Source of the DNA: Octopus vulgaris
Lineage: Eukaryota
Length of the DNA stretch: 64,000 nt
Reading direction: 5' to 3'
NCBI GenBank assembly: GCA_951406725.2
Contig: OX597814.1
Location: forward strand, 156,860,001 to 156,924,000
Part shown: positions 1 to 14,014 of the stretch, piece after piece
How positions within the stretch are numbered: the stretch's first letter is position 1
Layout: each line of letters opens with the position of its first letter
Translations under genes and position numbers: made by a program
Notes under the pieces: generated by a model
Seen by the model: only the letters and a program-made list of their open reading frames with translations
Database searches by the model: none
Told to the model about the DNA's origin: nothing

Positions 1-694
1 TAACCCCTCTACCCCATGTCATCTCCTCACATACACACACACACACAGCAGTCAGAAATCAGGAGAGTGCTGCTTTGTAGTAACTGTATCGAAAATTATT
101 GGACTATGAAATTCCAGCACTGATTAATTGTAGTAGTCAGCATTTTTCTTGTTGCTGTTATTTATTTTTATCTTTATTTTTTTTTTTTTGTATTTGCTGC
201 AGTGACTCACAGAAGAAATATGCATCTGAGCAGCAGTTAACTAGGGACACTATAAGGGTAAACTGTGTCTTCTCTTCTCCTTCCCACCAACCCCTACACA
301 TTCTGATGCACCCACCACATGCTTTAAGCTTCTGAATGCCATTCCATCCACCAACCTATCCCCAAAACAAAGTAAGAAGGGAAGCTAAAAGATCAGAAAG
401 AATACAAGACGCATGTAAAAAAAAATAAATAACAAAAGACTAAACAAAACAAAAAAATTCACATTAGCGCAGTGATGTGTTATTAGATTAGTAGAAAGAG
501 GAAATATAAAAATTCTTTCCTGTTTTATTATGGAAACAGTCAATAATACAAGTGTATCAAGTGTTTTTGCATGGACGTGTTGAAAGATAAAAATTCCTCA
601 ACATTAAAATGGTAAGAATCTCTTTATATATTAATAATGCAAATATTAATGATAAATAATAATAATGATGATAATAATAATAATAAGCATAATA

Positions 695-1999
695 AATGCC
701 CTGATGCAATACCAGGCAGTGGCTCTCATGGCTTCTGATCTAAACTTATTGGAAGTGTTAATATGCATATGTTTTGCCTTGATGTAAAAGATGGGATGCA
801 ACAAATATTCTGCTCAATACTACAGATCTGCCTGTCAGTTGCTTGCCCTTAACTGTTGAGCATGTTTCTGAGTGGCTGATGACAGATGTACTGTATATAC
901 TTGCCGATAAGTCACACTTTTTTTTCCCTGAAATTTTCATCTGACGTTGGGGTTGTGACTTATAAGCACAAATTATAAAAAAAAATCTTCAGATATTTTC
1001 TAGGTACAAGTGACGACTGAAGTTTAGACACTTGGAATAACCATAAAATCCTGAATCGCTAATTCCAAAGCCATGAAGTACACAGAATATGATCTTCAGA
1101 TATTTCTTTATATATTTCTTCACTTTTGTTAGTATGAAATAATTTTTAAAAGTGAGTTTAATGCTTGTTTGTTTTCGTACCGTACCTGTCTTTTATAATT
1201 CGTTGCCATGTTATTTGTTAACATGAACAGAAAGAGGAATTCGTATCATATCACTTTCAAGCCGAAAGTTGTTGATTATGTGAAGAATAATAGTCAGGGA
1301 TTGGCGTTTGAAAGAGGAGAAAATGAAATGACATCAATTCGTTTAAGTAAGTTAGGATAGGAATGAGTCCTAATGAGGAGATGGAGACTATTTTGAGAGA
1401 TTATGTGACTGAACTACGAACGAATGGATGTCATCACAAGAAACATCATCAGATTGTGGGCTCTCCAAATGACTTAAGAACATGGTATATCCAACTTCAA
1501 AGCATCCCCTCATTGGTGTATGAGGTTTATGAAACGCCTAAGAAGTCGCTGTGACTTATAGTCAGGTCACTGATAAAATTCCCGATTTGAACCATGTAAA
1601 TCGGGGGTGCATCTTGTAGGCAAGGGCATTTTATAGTTGAGTATATACAGTAGTCAGGGAGCATCACAGCCATGTGTTGAAAAGGATTCTTTGTGGTTTG
1701 AATAATTCATCCCTTGAAACATGGGTATTTCATTCATCTTTCTTAAACAACCCTTATTCAGAGGCCTTTTCAGCATGATGGGCTACTTGACCTGAAGAAA
1801 TTCTAACTGGGCCCCACCTGCAAGGTCATGTGCTGTTTGTTATATGATATGAGGTCACCATGTTGCGCACATATGGTTGTATTGCATATGCCTGGTGTAC
1901 CCTAATCAGGTAGTCATGTTGGGTATACTGGGCTTCATGTATTTGTACCTCAGTATCACTTTGATGGTGTGTGCTGCTCTCGCTCTCAATAATAATAAT
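695..1999 (+). mobile_element. (AAT)n-flanked non-coding interspersed element, copy 1 (interrupted by a pogo/Tc2-like insertion)
   Basis: 695-890 plus 1651-1987 align colinearly with 38581-39090 (e.g. gtggctctcatggcttctgatct, ttctaactgg.ccccacctgcaag). Both copies end ...gctgctct..ctc followed by (AAT)n. Confidence 0.8.
891..1650 (+). mobile_element. pogo/Tc2-like (Tc1/mariner superfamily) internally deleted DNA transposon
   Basis: TA duplication at 889-890 and 1651-1652; TIR CTGTATATACT at both ends. Decayed transposase N-terminus from ATG 1223: MNRKRNSYHITFKPKVVDY (Brinker-type DBD-like), EEMETILRDYVTELRTNG and NFKASPHWCMRFMKR (1493-1537, CENP-B/Tc5 HTH motif). No DDE region seen. Confidence 0.8.
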
Positions 2000-2302
2000 G
2001 GTTTCAAATTATGGGACAAGGCCAGCAATTGTGGGGAGCAGGTAAGTTCACCCTAGTGCTCAAATGGCACTTGTTTCATCAACTCTGAAAGGGGGTTGGC
2101 AGGATTTAAACTGCAGCCATAAAGAGCCTGAAGAAATACCACTAAACATTTCATCCAGCATGCTAACAATTCTGCCACTAGAGTTAAATCTAGAAACTCT
2201 CTAGTGAAGCCTCAAAGTGTTGACAGCTGACAACACCATTATAAATTCATAGCTCACATTTTGTTGATACTCTTTAACCCTAGGGACTCCTCTACAGATT
2301 AA

Positions 2303-2515
2303 CCCTTTTAAGACCAATCTGTCTGAGACTACCCCATGACATCAACTTAGTATTTTAGATTTATCTAAATTATAATCTTCCATTAAAATTTTATGCTAAT
2401 TTGTTCCAGACCCCAGCTTAATAATAAGAAAGTTATTTTAATAAATTCATCACTGTTTTAAAAATTAATTGAAACAAAGGTAGCAGATGTTGACAAGAAT
2501 ATGGTAACAAAAGGG
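2303..2515. mobile_element. piggyBac-type MITE
   Basis: TTAA at 2299-2302 and 2516-2519; imperfect TIR CCCTTTTAAGACCA / TGGTAACAAAAGGG. Confidence 0.7.
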
Positions 2516-3119
2516 TTAATAAGGCAACTTCTACACCAAATATCCATCAAATTACATCCTACCATTTTTAAAAAAACCAAGAACACATTGAATAATGTAG
2601 TCTAGATAGATAATTAAGATAGGATAGTTGTGGATGGATCATCCCTTGATTAAACATAAGCTCAGTCAATGGTAATCTGAAAATAAACCACAACAATAAA
2701 TTGCAAATAAATATGAAACCTGTTTCTGTCAGTCAGAAAGCTGAAGTAAAAATGGATTTAAATCCTGAATCAAGACTGACTGTCTCAATTTTTCAGTTGG
2801 ATAAGTTTTATGGCAAATGCCAGTGATTTCAGGCAATAAACCACATGAAAACTTTGATAAATGACTGGTTTAATGGGGTTTTCTTTTCAATGTTTTTTAT
2901 TTAAGATATTGAATAAAACGTGATTTTTTCCCATGTATGATGCCATTATATAAAATAGCAGAAACAGCACCCTCCAGGTAGATTTTCCGCTATTTCATGT
3001 AATACATAGTCATATTGTAACACACACACACAGAGGAAGAGAGAGGGGGGGAGAAAGAGAAACAGACAAACAGAGAGAGTGACAGATAGATAAACAGAGA
3101 AAGTGACAGACAGACAAAC

Positions 3120-3164
<45 letters not shown>

Positions 3165-3724
3165 TTTGTCCAATTTGTATTTTCCTATTGTAAGATGGTA
3201 TGGTAGGATTTGATGGGAATTTGGCTGTTATTTATAATAGACCAGTCACAATGGCTTTTGTAATTGTGTATGTGAGTACATTATTTCATATTTTTGTATG
3301 TATAAACTACATTTTCCAGTGTTTGTCCTAATCTAAGAAGCTTCAAGTGTAATATGATGGAAATGTAGCTGCTATTTCTAGATGGTTGAGTGACAATGCA
3401 AAAGTCCTCTTTTGATGACTCAAAGTTAACTTCCTTGTATAGTTCTAAAGTCAATCACAATCAAAGAAAACTAAGACAAACAACATTCCAGTCAAACCAA
3501 TCCTATCATTTTCTATATCAAAAACTATATTATTCAGTATAAACTTATTTAAGATAGGAAAAAGTGATTTGTGAGTTTGGCCACCATTTTGAGCAGGCTG
3601 TGCAACTATGTGTTATGTCAGTAAAAATAGGTTAGAAGTCTAACGGGCAATACCCCTCTCTCTATCCCACTCACATTATCTATTTCCCGTTATTTCTCTC
3701 TCTCTCTCTCTCTCAAGAAGTATC

Positions 3725-4563
3725 AATCACTGAAAGTGGATGGTACCCAGGAAGACATGGGGTGAAGTGGTAAGGACCGATCTCAGGATGTTGGGCCCCA
3801 TGGAGGAAATGACAATGGACCAAGATGCCTGGCAACAGGAGGTTCTTGAGAAGACCTGTCCACGTCAGCGAAACTGAGTTCTAGAAGTGCTGTGTGTACC
3901 ACCCACACATAAGAAAACTCCTCACACATCTTACCACAACAAACCAAACTACATCTCTTCTTTTCCTCACACTTCCACTTTATGCACTATGCTTACCTCG
4001 CACTCGAAATCCCGTTCTCTTGCCTCTGTCTCACTGCTATCTGCTAGCCCCCAATCTGTGTGTTCCATCCACAGGTAACAAGAAAGCTTTTCACATACCC
4101 TACCCCAAACAAACCAATCTACATCTCTACATCTCTTCTCTTCCTCACATTTTCTCTTTCATGTACTACGCCTACTTCTCACTCTCCAATCCTATCCTCA
4201 CAGCCCTGATTCTCTGTATCATTGCTATCTGGTAGCCCCCACCCTACTCTATATACCCAGGTTTTCACCACTCACTTCCCCTCCCCACTCTCTAATCATG
4301 CTTCTTTGGCAATATCTTGCCACTTATATATTATGACCTTCGAACTTCAAGGATATGCCCTGGCACTTTCCACCTATATCTCTCTATGCCTTTACTCGAC
4401 CATACCATTTATATTCTGATCCCTTGTGAGTATGCCTGGCACTTTTCCACCATCTCTATCCTGATGTCTCCCACTCTCTTTCTCTCCTTCTTCTGCACTT
4501 CCTTCAGGTTGGGTAAGCATGTATCGCCTTTGCGGCAGTACACCTGTTTCTGTCCTCATTCCT

Positions 4564-4606
<43 letters not shown>

Positions 4607-5020
4607 CCAGGTAACTTTGTACCTCCTCTACAGCAAGATACTCATTTCTGTCTCTCTGTTTCACTATAACCTTTTATCATCTGATGCAAGATGACCTCCT
4701 CCAATGCCCCCTCCCTTCTCAAAAGATTTTTGTCTTGCAGGTTACTTTGTGACCCTGTCAGTGCAGGTGTTACTTAAAAAGCATCCAGTCCACACTGTAA
4801 ACTGCTTGGCATTAGAAAGGGCATCCAGCTGTAAAAATCTTGCCAAAACTTACCTCACCTGTGTTTATGCCACATAAAAAGCACTAGGTCCACTCTGCTG
4901 GGTGGCTGGTATTAGAAAGGGCATCCAGCAGTAAAATCCTGCCAAAACAGTCATACAAGTCTGGTGCAGGCTTCTGCCTGGCCAGCTCCTGTCAAACTGC
5001 TCCACTCATGCCAGCATGGA
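3725..5020 (+). mobile_element. Decayed 3' end and 3' UTR of an RTE-clade LINE
   Basis: PRKTWGEVVRTDLRMLG-like translation at ~3745-3800 matches the RTE C-terminus at 41880-41930. It is followed by a pyrimidine-rich UTR and the gggcatccagc terminal module. Confidence 0.55.
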
Positions 5021-5124
5021 AGATGTATGTACATATGCATGTATATGTGTATATATATATATGTGTGCATGTGTATATATATATATGTGTGCGTGTGTAT
5101 ATATATATGTGTGTGTGTATATAC

Positions 5125-6165
5125 ATGATGATGATGGCTATACACTCGTGACTGAGGAAGACCATTGCTGACCTTCAGGAACATTGTGCGCTCCAGAACT
5201 AATTTATATTTTGCATTTGCAGCTCCGTTAGTGGCTAAAGAGCCCTGCTCTTGACAAGCATATACAACTGCAAACATTGGATACCAAGCTTTCCCCATTC
5301 ACTATGCCAGCAGTGTACTTTTGAGCAGGACATTTAAATTCTTCATGAAGAATATGTGCTTTTTCAAAGATGTCAACCCCCTTCTTAACCTGCTTCTTCC
5401 ATCTGTGGTGATAACAGGCACTACTCTCTCAGTCGGTCTCTTGCTTATCAGAGGCCTTTAATGAGGACTTGACACAGTCCTTAAATCACAGCCTTGGTTT
5501 CTGCCGGATCTTTTTCCACTAACAAGTTCCCCATATAGCATCTGTTTTGGGATCCTGCTATCCTTCATTTTAATAGGGTGTCCAGTCCAACATAACCGGT
5601 GCTTGTGCACCATTACCTCGATACTCAAGATATCAGCTTCCTCAAGACCTACAGTTTTTAAGGTCCAGCCAATATTCAGAATGTGTCTCTGACATCTCCG
5701 ATGGAATTGTTCAAGGATCTTTACATGACATTTGTAAAGGGTCCATGTCTCATATAAGTAAAGGAGCAATGTCAGTACACGTGCATGGTACACAGCAATT
5801 TTTGTTTTTCTTGTGATGCCATGCTGGGACCAGACATGAGATTCAAGAGACTGGAAGGAATCAGTTTCACTCTGCAGCCTGAAAGATATTTCATCATCCA
5901 GGGAGCAAGAATGGCTGAATGCGCTGCCCAGGTAGATAGACTTGTCTACCACTTTGAGTATTGTTCCTTTAACCAAGATAGCTAGTTCAACATATTGATT
6001 TCCTGGTGCAGGCTGGAACATTACAACAGTCTTGTCCAGACTAATGCTGAGTCCAAATGAAACAGAAATACGATAAGTATTTGAATGTCATCCACTGTAT
6101 GAGTGACTAAATCACAGTCATCTGCATAAAAGAGGTTATGAGTAAGAGACTGGAAAACTTTTGAA
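5125..6165 (-). pseudogene. 5'-truncated RTE-clade LINE, RT C-terminal half, frameshifted
   Basis: LFYADDCDL (YADD at ~6118-6129), YLGS, TKIAVYHARVLTLLLY..ETWT, RLCWTGH, RIPKQMLYGEL; 3' (CAT)n tail at ~5125. Confidence 0.9.
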
Positions 6166-7539
6166 AGTTCCATAATATGTGCATGCATGTGAGAGAAAGT
6201 GTTTATGCCTCCTTTGACAGACAGGAGGGAAAATATGCTTTCAATTTTTAAAACCTTTAATGTTTTTAAAAATGGGGCCAAATTTTATATAGCTTAGGAG
6301 CTTACCAAATCTAAATCCAGCAATGCACTTAGTCCTCCCGGATTGATAAAATTAGTACCAGTAAGATACTAGAGGTGATTTCCCTGAGTAGCTTGAGAGA
6401 CTCAATGTACCCCCATCTAACAAAATTTAATGTGAATCTTATTTTATTTAATTAGCTAGTATTTTGCTATTCTAGCTATCATCCGTACATAAAGAAAAAA
6501 ATTATTAAGAAAATCAGTTGAAAACAAGGACAGAAAAAGTAAAAGAAATAAAATACATATTAGAAAAAAAAAAGAAGTAAAACTAGAAACAGATCAAGAA
6601 ATATTAGAAAAAATAAATATTAATAAAAATTTTTGGAATAACAAAAAGGGGAAAAAAATGGCAAAGCCATGCAAAAACAGGAAATATGACATGCAAAAAT
6701 AATATATAAAAAAAAAAAAAAAAGAACAGCAGAACAAAAAGTAAAGCAAAGACGATAATGACAAGAAAAATATTCTGCATAATTTCTACATCGTGGAACA
6801 CACAAGATATAGATGAAAATTTCAAGTCTAAAAATATATATACATGGAAGTCTAAACTTTATCTCCAAATATTCTGCTTCAACAATAATGTAAAGATGGA
6901 ATCATTCTTTAACATGAGTAAAGTAAGGGAGGCAGAAAAGAAAACCAGCACTTGAGTGATAAACCCCAGTGACATGAAACAATTTACCACATATCTTCTT
7001 TGATGTGAACATAGAAATGACCTTTGAATTTTGCTGACTGACCTTTAACAGAATGGCACACAATTTTGAGGTGAAGTACATATATGTCCCAGTGAAAGGA
7101 ATTGAAAAGAAATATCACCAGGTAGAAGTGTAGAGAGTGTAACAAAAAAATTTTAGTTACATAAACAGAGACCTACACAAATGTAAAATGTGAATATTTT
7201 TTTGTAATGGCACAATACACACACACATGCAGGCAGGCTGACCAACAGATTTATGCTCAAACCTGAAGATTCACTATTGCTACTCTGAGTTTCTCACACT
7301 ACATTTCTTCAGATATCAAAAAGATCTTGTTTCTATACATTTATAATTCAGTATACCATCATATTTTTATTTATTACTTATTTCATCCACTGGGCTTCTA
7401 CTATCCTGGGATACCACCTTGAAGGGTTTAGATAAAAAAAAATCAACTCCAGTACTTATTCTTTAATCTGGTACTGGGGGTGTAAACAAACAAACACCAG
7501 CCATTAAGCAGTGGGAGACAAACACACACACATATATTA

Positions 7540-7915
7540 GGGTGCCACTTATGTGCTGAGGGTGTTGCTATTCTCCATCTCTGAATTCAAGATTCAATGT
7601 CTCACCAGGAGGTGCAGCAGCTTTCTAGGTGAGTTGACTCCTTCCTGGGGCCACCCACCAATATGTAGGCAACAAAACACCAGCATGAGCTTTGTTGAGT
7701 CAGATGATGTGGCTCTGGGCTAGATGTTTCTTCCATCCTCAAATATTCAGTCTTGTTACACCACTTGTTCTCTCTCTTGAGCAAGATGTAATGGATTGCT
7801 TTCTCAGTGGCTTCTAACAATCTTTAGGCAGCATCTTTTCTCTCCTTAGCTGCTAGTCCAAGACACCTGAGCATCAAGTGAACTCTGGTTCTAGCAAATC
7901 CTCTAACAACTACCA
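7540..7915 (-). mobile_element. 3' fragment of a REL-endonuclease non-LTR retrotransposon (HERO/NeSL-like)
   Basis: Minus-strand translation VVVRGFARTRVHLMLRCLGL...LLEATEKAIHYILLKRENKW resembles the recalled HERO C-terminal pattern EVGCRGF...AE..S..LWLKR. Confidence 0.5.
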
Positions 7916-8720
7916 CAGTTTCCATCTACCAAATTCAAGTGGTTGCTAAGTGAGTATAGTGAAGTTAGCAAATTTTTTTCTGTTTGATGAAAAGATTTGC
8001 TTGAAATTTAAAAATTCTCAGACACGCACACATGATGGACTTATTAGCCAATAATATATCACTCACAAAGCATTGGTCAGCCTGGTGCGATGGAAGAGAA
8101 CACTTAACCAAGGGGCTAAGCAAAGGGATTGAACCTAGAATCATGTGGTTCAAAATGAAATTCTTAGCCACACTGCTACGCCTATTCTCATGCAAGATAT
8201 TAATAACATTTTTTTTTCTGCGAAACAAAAAGAATAGAATCCAACCAGGCAGATGGAGCCAAGGAAGATTTGTGTGAAACAATTAATCAAGCTTGAATTT
8301 ATGACCTGCAGGTTTGACCAACATTTAACCTTTGCTATACACAATGGAGAATTAAAGTACAAAGAGTAACAAATATACAAATACTGTTTTATAAAGAGTG
8401 CTATTTTTGCTTCATATATATATCATCATTTCAGCTTCCACTTCCATGCTTTCATTAGGCGAATAGAGGTTTTTTTGGTAGATTTTAAACAACCAGATTC
8501 TCTTCTCATCGATGCTTACCTATTTCCAAGCAAAGCAATATTTTTCCATGACCTGATATGTTTTTACAGAATTTTGGAAACGAATGACATTCATCAACAA
8601 TCACATGATGTCAAGACAAGGAGACATAAACACATACATGAACACATATGATGAGCTACTTTTAGTTTTTGTCTCTAAAATCCACTCACAAGGCTTTGGT
8701 CAGCACAGAGCTGCAGTGTA

Positions 8721-9003
8721 GTGGAGGCACATGGCCTAGTGGTTAGAGCAGCGGACTTGCGGTCGAGGGATCGCAGGTTTGAATCTCAGACCGGATGATG
8801 TGTTTGTTTATGAGCGAAACACCTAAGCTCCACGCGACTCCAGCAGAAAGTAATGGCGAACTTCGCCACAACTTTCTCTCACTCTTGCATCTTGCAGCTC
8901 ACCTGTGATGGGCCAGTATCCCGTCCAGGTGGGGAACCTATACGCCAAGAAACCGGGAAAATGGCCCTTATGAGCCAGGCATGGCTTGAGAAGGAACAAA
9001 CAA
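8721..9003 (+). mobile_element. Full-length tRNA-derived SINE with a V-domain-like central segment
   Basis: A box TGGCCTAGTGG, B box GGTTTGAATCT, CCTGTGATGGGCCAGTATCCCGTCCAGG segment, (AAAC)n tail. Perfect 16-bp TSD ACAGAGCTGCAGTGTA at 8705-8720 and 9004-9019. Inserted into an older SINE. Confidence 0.85.
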
Positions 9004-9109
9004 ACAGAGCTGCAGTGTAACACATTTGCCAAAGGTGTCATGCAGTGAGGCTTAACTTGGAACCATGTGGTTGGGAAGCAAACTTCTCAACAACAAAGCT
9101 ATCCCTTCA

Positions 9110-9149
<40 letters not shown>

Positions 9150-9283
9150 CATATGTATATATATTGTTGTTGTTGTTGTTGGCATCCTTTTTGTCTTGGA
9201 AGATAATGGAGTTGCGCATAAAATAATCTAGTCTGGCTTTTACATTTCATGTCCTAATACATCTCCTGCTGTGGCTGTGTATG

Positions 9284-9338
<55 letters not shown>

Positions 9339-10229
9339 AATCCCAAAAACGAAGAACAAACACAAAAAAACAACAATGCGAGGACATGATACATGTGAAA
9401 TATTAGCAGATGCTCAGGGAAGGACAAGATATCCAATATACATCAGACTACTTATTGTTACAACTATACATCACAATATCATCAACTCCACAAACCAAAC
9501 TGGCTAGAAATAATAGTCAAATCTTCCTCAAATTATACAATACCATCTTAAGAAAAAGAACAAGCTGGATAACATGATGCTATGTTCCCTGTACATAGGA
9601 AAAGAAAAAAGAAAAAGGTTGGCCATGGGTAAAATATCTTTGATCATAGGTCTGCAGGGTCAGGACTGAGATGGAAATAAACAATACTGACAATACACAC
9701 ATACATTCTTAAACAACTGTGCACCCACCCATTCAGACACACACACACACACAAGCTATCACTTGACAATTTGGAAGCAAATATTCTGAACTTCGTAATT
9801 AAATAATAGGATAAATAATGTCATGAAAAAATATAAAGAAAATTCTTAAAAGAAAAAATAGACAGGACAGGAAAAAAATATAAAGAAAAATACAAACATT
9901 GAAGGCTTTTCACAAGAGCAAGTGGCTATTTATATAAATGGTTGGCCTTGCTCTTAATTAGACACAAGTACAAACTCAGCAAATTACATTTTGGTGGGTT
10001 AGCTATATGGTTAGAAGAAAGCAAATAAGAATTGTTCATTAATCAGCTAAACTAAATCCCACTCTTTACAATGGACCATTTACCAAAGTTGACTTGCAAT
10101 ACAGTTAATTTGGTGGAAATTGAACTTCAAAAAGAAGTCAGTGAATAGTCAAACATTAGAAATTAATTATTTGTGGAAGTTGTGGAATTTTGTAAATACA
10201 GTAAAAACTAGCAATGACAGCAACAACAA

Positions 10230-10900
10230 TTTTCTTTTATTTGCCACAGGGGTATTGAATAAAGAAGACATTACAGGGACAAGTTATAATTTGAGGGGAA
10301 TTATATAACAGAGTGAGGGGGAAACTCAAGGAGTACCCCACTCCACCTGAAAAAAAGTGGTAGATGATGAGAGATTACAAAGACAGGCTATAAAAAGAAA
10401 GAAAAGAGGGAAAAGTGGTATATGCAATATTCAAGAGTGTATTTTAGATCTAAGAGTACAGAACCACTCCTAAGAGTCAATCAAGGAACCCAGCATGTTC
10501 ATATTACCCAACTCTCTAAGCAGAGGAGGTACCAGCAGACAGATCACATGAACGGTGGACTACATCTTATCTACAAGTAAAAAGTGCTTTGATCTAGTCA
10601 GGAGAAAAAGGGGAACAGCACAACAATCAGGTGAAATGTGATACAAATGTTTGTTATCACTGCCACATGCTCAGGGATCATGTCCTCTCAATCTGTATCT
10701 GAGTGAGACTGGCCATCCAGTTCATAACTTTACCCCAGTTATGATCTACCTGGAGGTACAGACCAAACATGCCCCCCAAACAACAGAAACAGTTCAGGTC
10801 TCCAAGGTGTACAGTTCAAAATATTTGCTACTGCCTCTGGGATCTGCAACCATGGCTCAAACAAGTATTCATTTAGTCTGACCAAGGAGTAGAATTTTTT
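10230..10900 (-). mobile_element. Decayed LINE 3' fragment
   Basis: Minus-strand terminus ...tgtggcaaataaaagaaaa resembles the terminus of the element at 35745-37590. No intact ORF. Confidence 0.3.
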
Positions 10901-11389
10901 ATTAGCCACAGGAATGATGGATGAGGATACATCATTAAGAGAAATGACAAAAAAATGGTGAGAGTTTATACAAAATCAATTATGGAAAACAGGCATGGGA
11001 AATAATACACAAAAGAAATCTTCTCTGTACTGTTCCAATTTTTGTATATGTACTGCAAAAGCTAGAACACAAAGAAATAAAATGAGGTGTTCAAATAGAG
11101 GGATAAATGCCTAAAATTACTTCAGAACCTCAGAGATCCAAGATTACTTGACTACCAAGGATGATTGCCACCTCCCAGTTGTATTGTTAGGCCTACAAGT
11201 GCATGCATAGAATAAGTCCATTCACCCATACCAATCTCACTACATTTACACACCTTTCAGCTAATTAACTAGAGAGCAGCAACCTTCACCTTCCTCTCTA
11301 AGTGTAAAAATACACGAGTGCTGCAAGGTAATTTTTCTGGTATACTTTTGACACACTCCCACACACACAAGTTTTAAAATATTCTAATC

Positions 11390-13430
11390 TCTAACATAGG
11401 GATAAGGCAGTAAATAATTGAAGGAAGTGGCTATTGTTATTGCATTGACCTTCTGGGTTTAACTGGTATTTATTTTAACAGCATAAATAAGCATCATTTT
11501 TAACACAGGTCCAAGGACTCAATCTTTGGGGAGTGGGACACAATTATAGATTACATCAATCCCAGTACATGACAAGTAATTTATTTTATCGAAGTCAGCA
11601 AGATGAAAGACAAGGTTAGCCTTGGTAAGATTTGAGCTCAGAATGTACAAGGACATAGTGAAATATCTCAAGACATATAATTTGTCAATCCATCACCATA
11701 AGAGCAACAACAATGACCTTCATCATTATTTAACCTCGATCTTCCATATTGGCATGGATTGGCTAGTTTGATAGCCAGAGAATAGCCCCAAGCACCATTG
11801 TTTGCTTTGGCATGGATTCTACAATCAGATGCCCTTCCTAACACCAACCACTTTACAGAGCATACTGGGTACTTTTTATGTGGTACCAGCACTGGTGCTT
11901 TTTATGTGGCGAGGCTAACAATTCTAGAGGCAGAGGAGAAGTCAGTTACATTGACTCTAGTAATTGGATGGTGCTTTATTTTATCAATCCCGAAAGGATG
12001 ATAGGCAAGCTGACTTTGACAGGATTTGGGATCAGAAGGTAAAGAGCTCAAAAAAATATGGCTAAGTATTTTGTCCAACTCTCTAACATTTCTACCAGCT
12101 ACCACCATAATAGTAATAATAATAATAATATGTTGCTTGGATGTTAATTATCATGGGAGAAGACCTTGTGAGACCCTTGGCAACAGGTTGTCTGTTCTTA
12201 CAGAATTAGCCGGAGAAAGTGAAATCAAGAGCTCTGAAAAGTGAAATATATAATAATAATGATTATTATTATTATTATTATTATTAGTTGTTGTTGTTGT
12301 TATTCTAAAAAGACTCTTGGATAGTTCTTAATTACCAGTTATTCTTTACTTGAAATCAGGCAGTAACAAATCACCAAAGGTTTCAAGTAGTGGTTACTGT
12401 GACTCAAAGAGACAATTCTCTCCTTAGAATGCGAGCTGTACCCAACAATGCTGTCTTCTGGATCACCTCGAGCCTCACAGCAGCTCCAATATTTTTAATA
12501 TGTTTTCCAAAGACCTTGGAATCTGCTCTCAATGCTCCAATTACCACCGGTATCACCATTACTTTACTCATGCCCCATAACTTTCCTATCTCATTCCACA
12601 GTAGCTGGCATTTCTCAATCTTTTCTATTTCCTTACATTATCATCATCATCATCATCATCATAATCATTATCATCATTATTCTTTCAACTATAGGCACAA
12701 GGCCAGAAATTTGTGGGGAGGAGTTAGTTGATTACACTGATCCCAGGACTCAACTGGTGCTTTATCAACACCCAAAAGACGAAAGGGAAAACTGACCTGG
12801 GCAGAATTTGATCTCAGAAAGTAACGATTCAGAATAAAAACAGCAAAGCATTTGGTGACCGTCCAACAATTCTTTCAATCTACCAACCTAAAAAAATCCT
12901 AATTTAGGCACAAGGCTAAGAAATTTCAGAGGAGGGAGTTAATAAACTAAACTGACTTCAATATTCAACTGATACTATAGTTTCTCATTTGGAGAGAGAT
13001 AAAAAATAAAGTTGACCTTGGTATGATATGAACTCAGAAAGAAAAACCATAACTAAATAACATATATTTTTGTCTAGTGCTCTAACAATTTTGACAATCC
13101 ACCATCTTTATCAATAATTTTAAATTGATTTCTAACATTAGCATGGCCACACCGTTTGGAATAGGGAATAGTCAATTAAATTCATCTCAGTATTTGATTG
13201 ATACTTCATTTTATCGACCCTACCAGACAGATGAAAGGTAAAGTTAACCTCGACAGGATTTGATAATATTAATTATTTTCACAACTATTTTAATCAATCC
13301 AGCTACTTGACTGATACTTATTTTATCAACCTGAGAAGAATAAAAAGCAAACTTGACCTTAGCAGGATGTGAACACAAATCATAAAACTGCAACTAAACA
13401 CTTTGATGCATTTTTTTTCTCCTCTGCAGA
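11390..13430 (-). repeat. Cluster of decayed tRNA-derived SINE fragments (same family as 29411-29640)
   Basis: Repeated ttttatc(g/a)a...gatgaaagg(c/t)aaagt(c/t)gacct...atttga motif in one orientation, e.g. ~11580, 11980, 12760, 13000, 13210, 13320. Confidence 0.7.
12303..12636 (-). mobile_element. 3' fragment of an R4/Dong-like REL non-LTR element
   Basis: Minus-strand translation EIGKLWGMSKVMVIPVVIGAL...IQKTALLGTARILRR. The 3' side runs into (CAA)n/(TAA)n repeats. Confidence 0.7.
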
Positions 13431-14014
13431 TTCTACCCATTTTCAGTCCTGATAAATCAATAATAATATTGATAAATTAGGAAAGAAAAAAAAAGAAAAA
13501 AATCAAGGTAAGAGATCCCTGATGAGTTTTAAGATATGATGAAACTAGTTTGTTTGATTGTCACTCTAGGCTGACAAAAGCCTAATGATGTAATCACTGG
13601 ACTTAAATGTATATACTCAAGTACAATGTGACCTCAAATATAATATGACCCTATATTTTGTACCTAAAAACCAGTAATCAGTTTTATCTTCTTATCTTTT
13701 ATTTTATGCATGAGTATAATGCTATTCAAATCCCACCACTATCACCACTTTTGACTTCTTTTATCAAAATTTCTCGAAGTATACACATTATAGTATTTTT
13801 ACAGCTTGCCGAAATATATATGTTAATTACACATGAATATGACAGTATATATTTATTGTTAGTTTTAGTTTACTTAATAGACTGGAATATTCCTAAACAG
13901 TTAATAGTTTGCCTTTTGATTATATATATATAGCTTTTAATAAACTATTTCATTCATTAATTCTTGTTCTCTCTCTGTCACACACACAAGTATGTGTGTG
14001 TGTGTGTGTGTGTA

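Noticed and set aside
203-257. Plus-strand microexon DSQKKYASEQQLTRDTIR after a polypyrimidine tract
   Set aside because: The donor is weak, a competing minus-strand donor lies at 205-210, and I recognise no homology.
8723-8792. tRNA gene
   Set aside because: The acceptor stem does not pair well, and the sequence continues into a SINE body with a tail and TSD.
13519-13550. Hammerhead-like CTGATGAG...GAAAC
   Set aside because: Stem II is poor, and no downstream sequence is complementary to stem I. CTGATGA at ~60339 and CTGAGGA at ~49008 also lack a matching GAAA.
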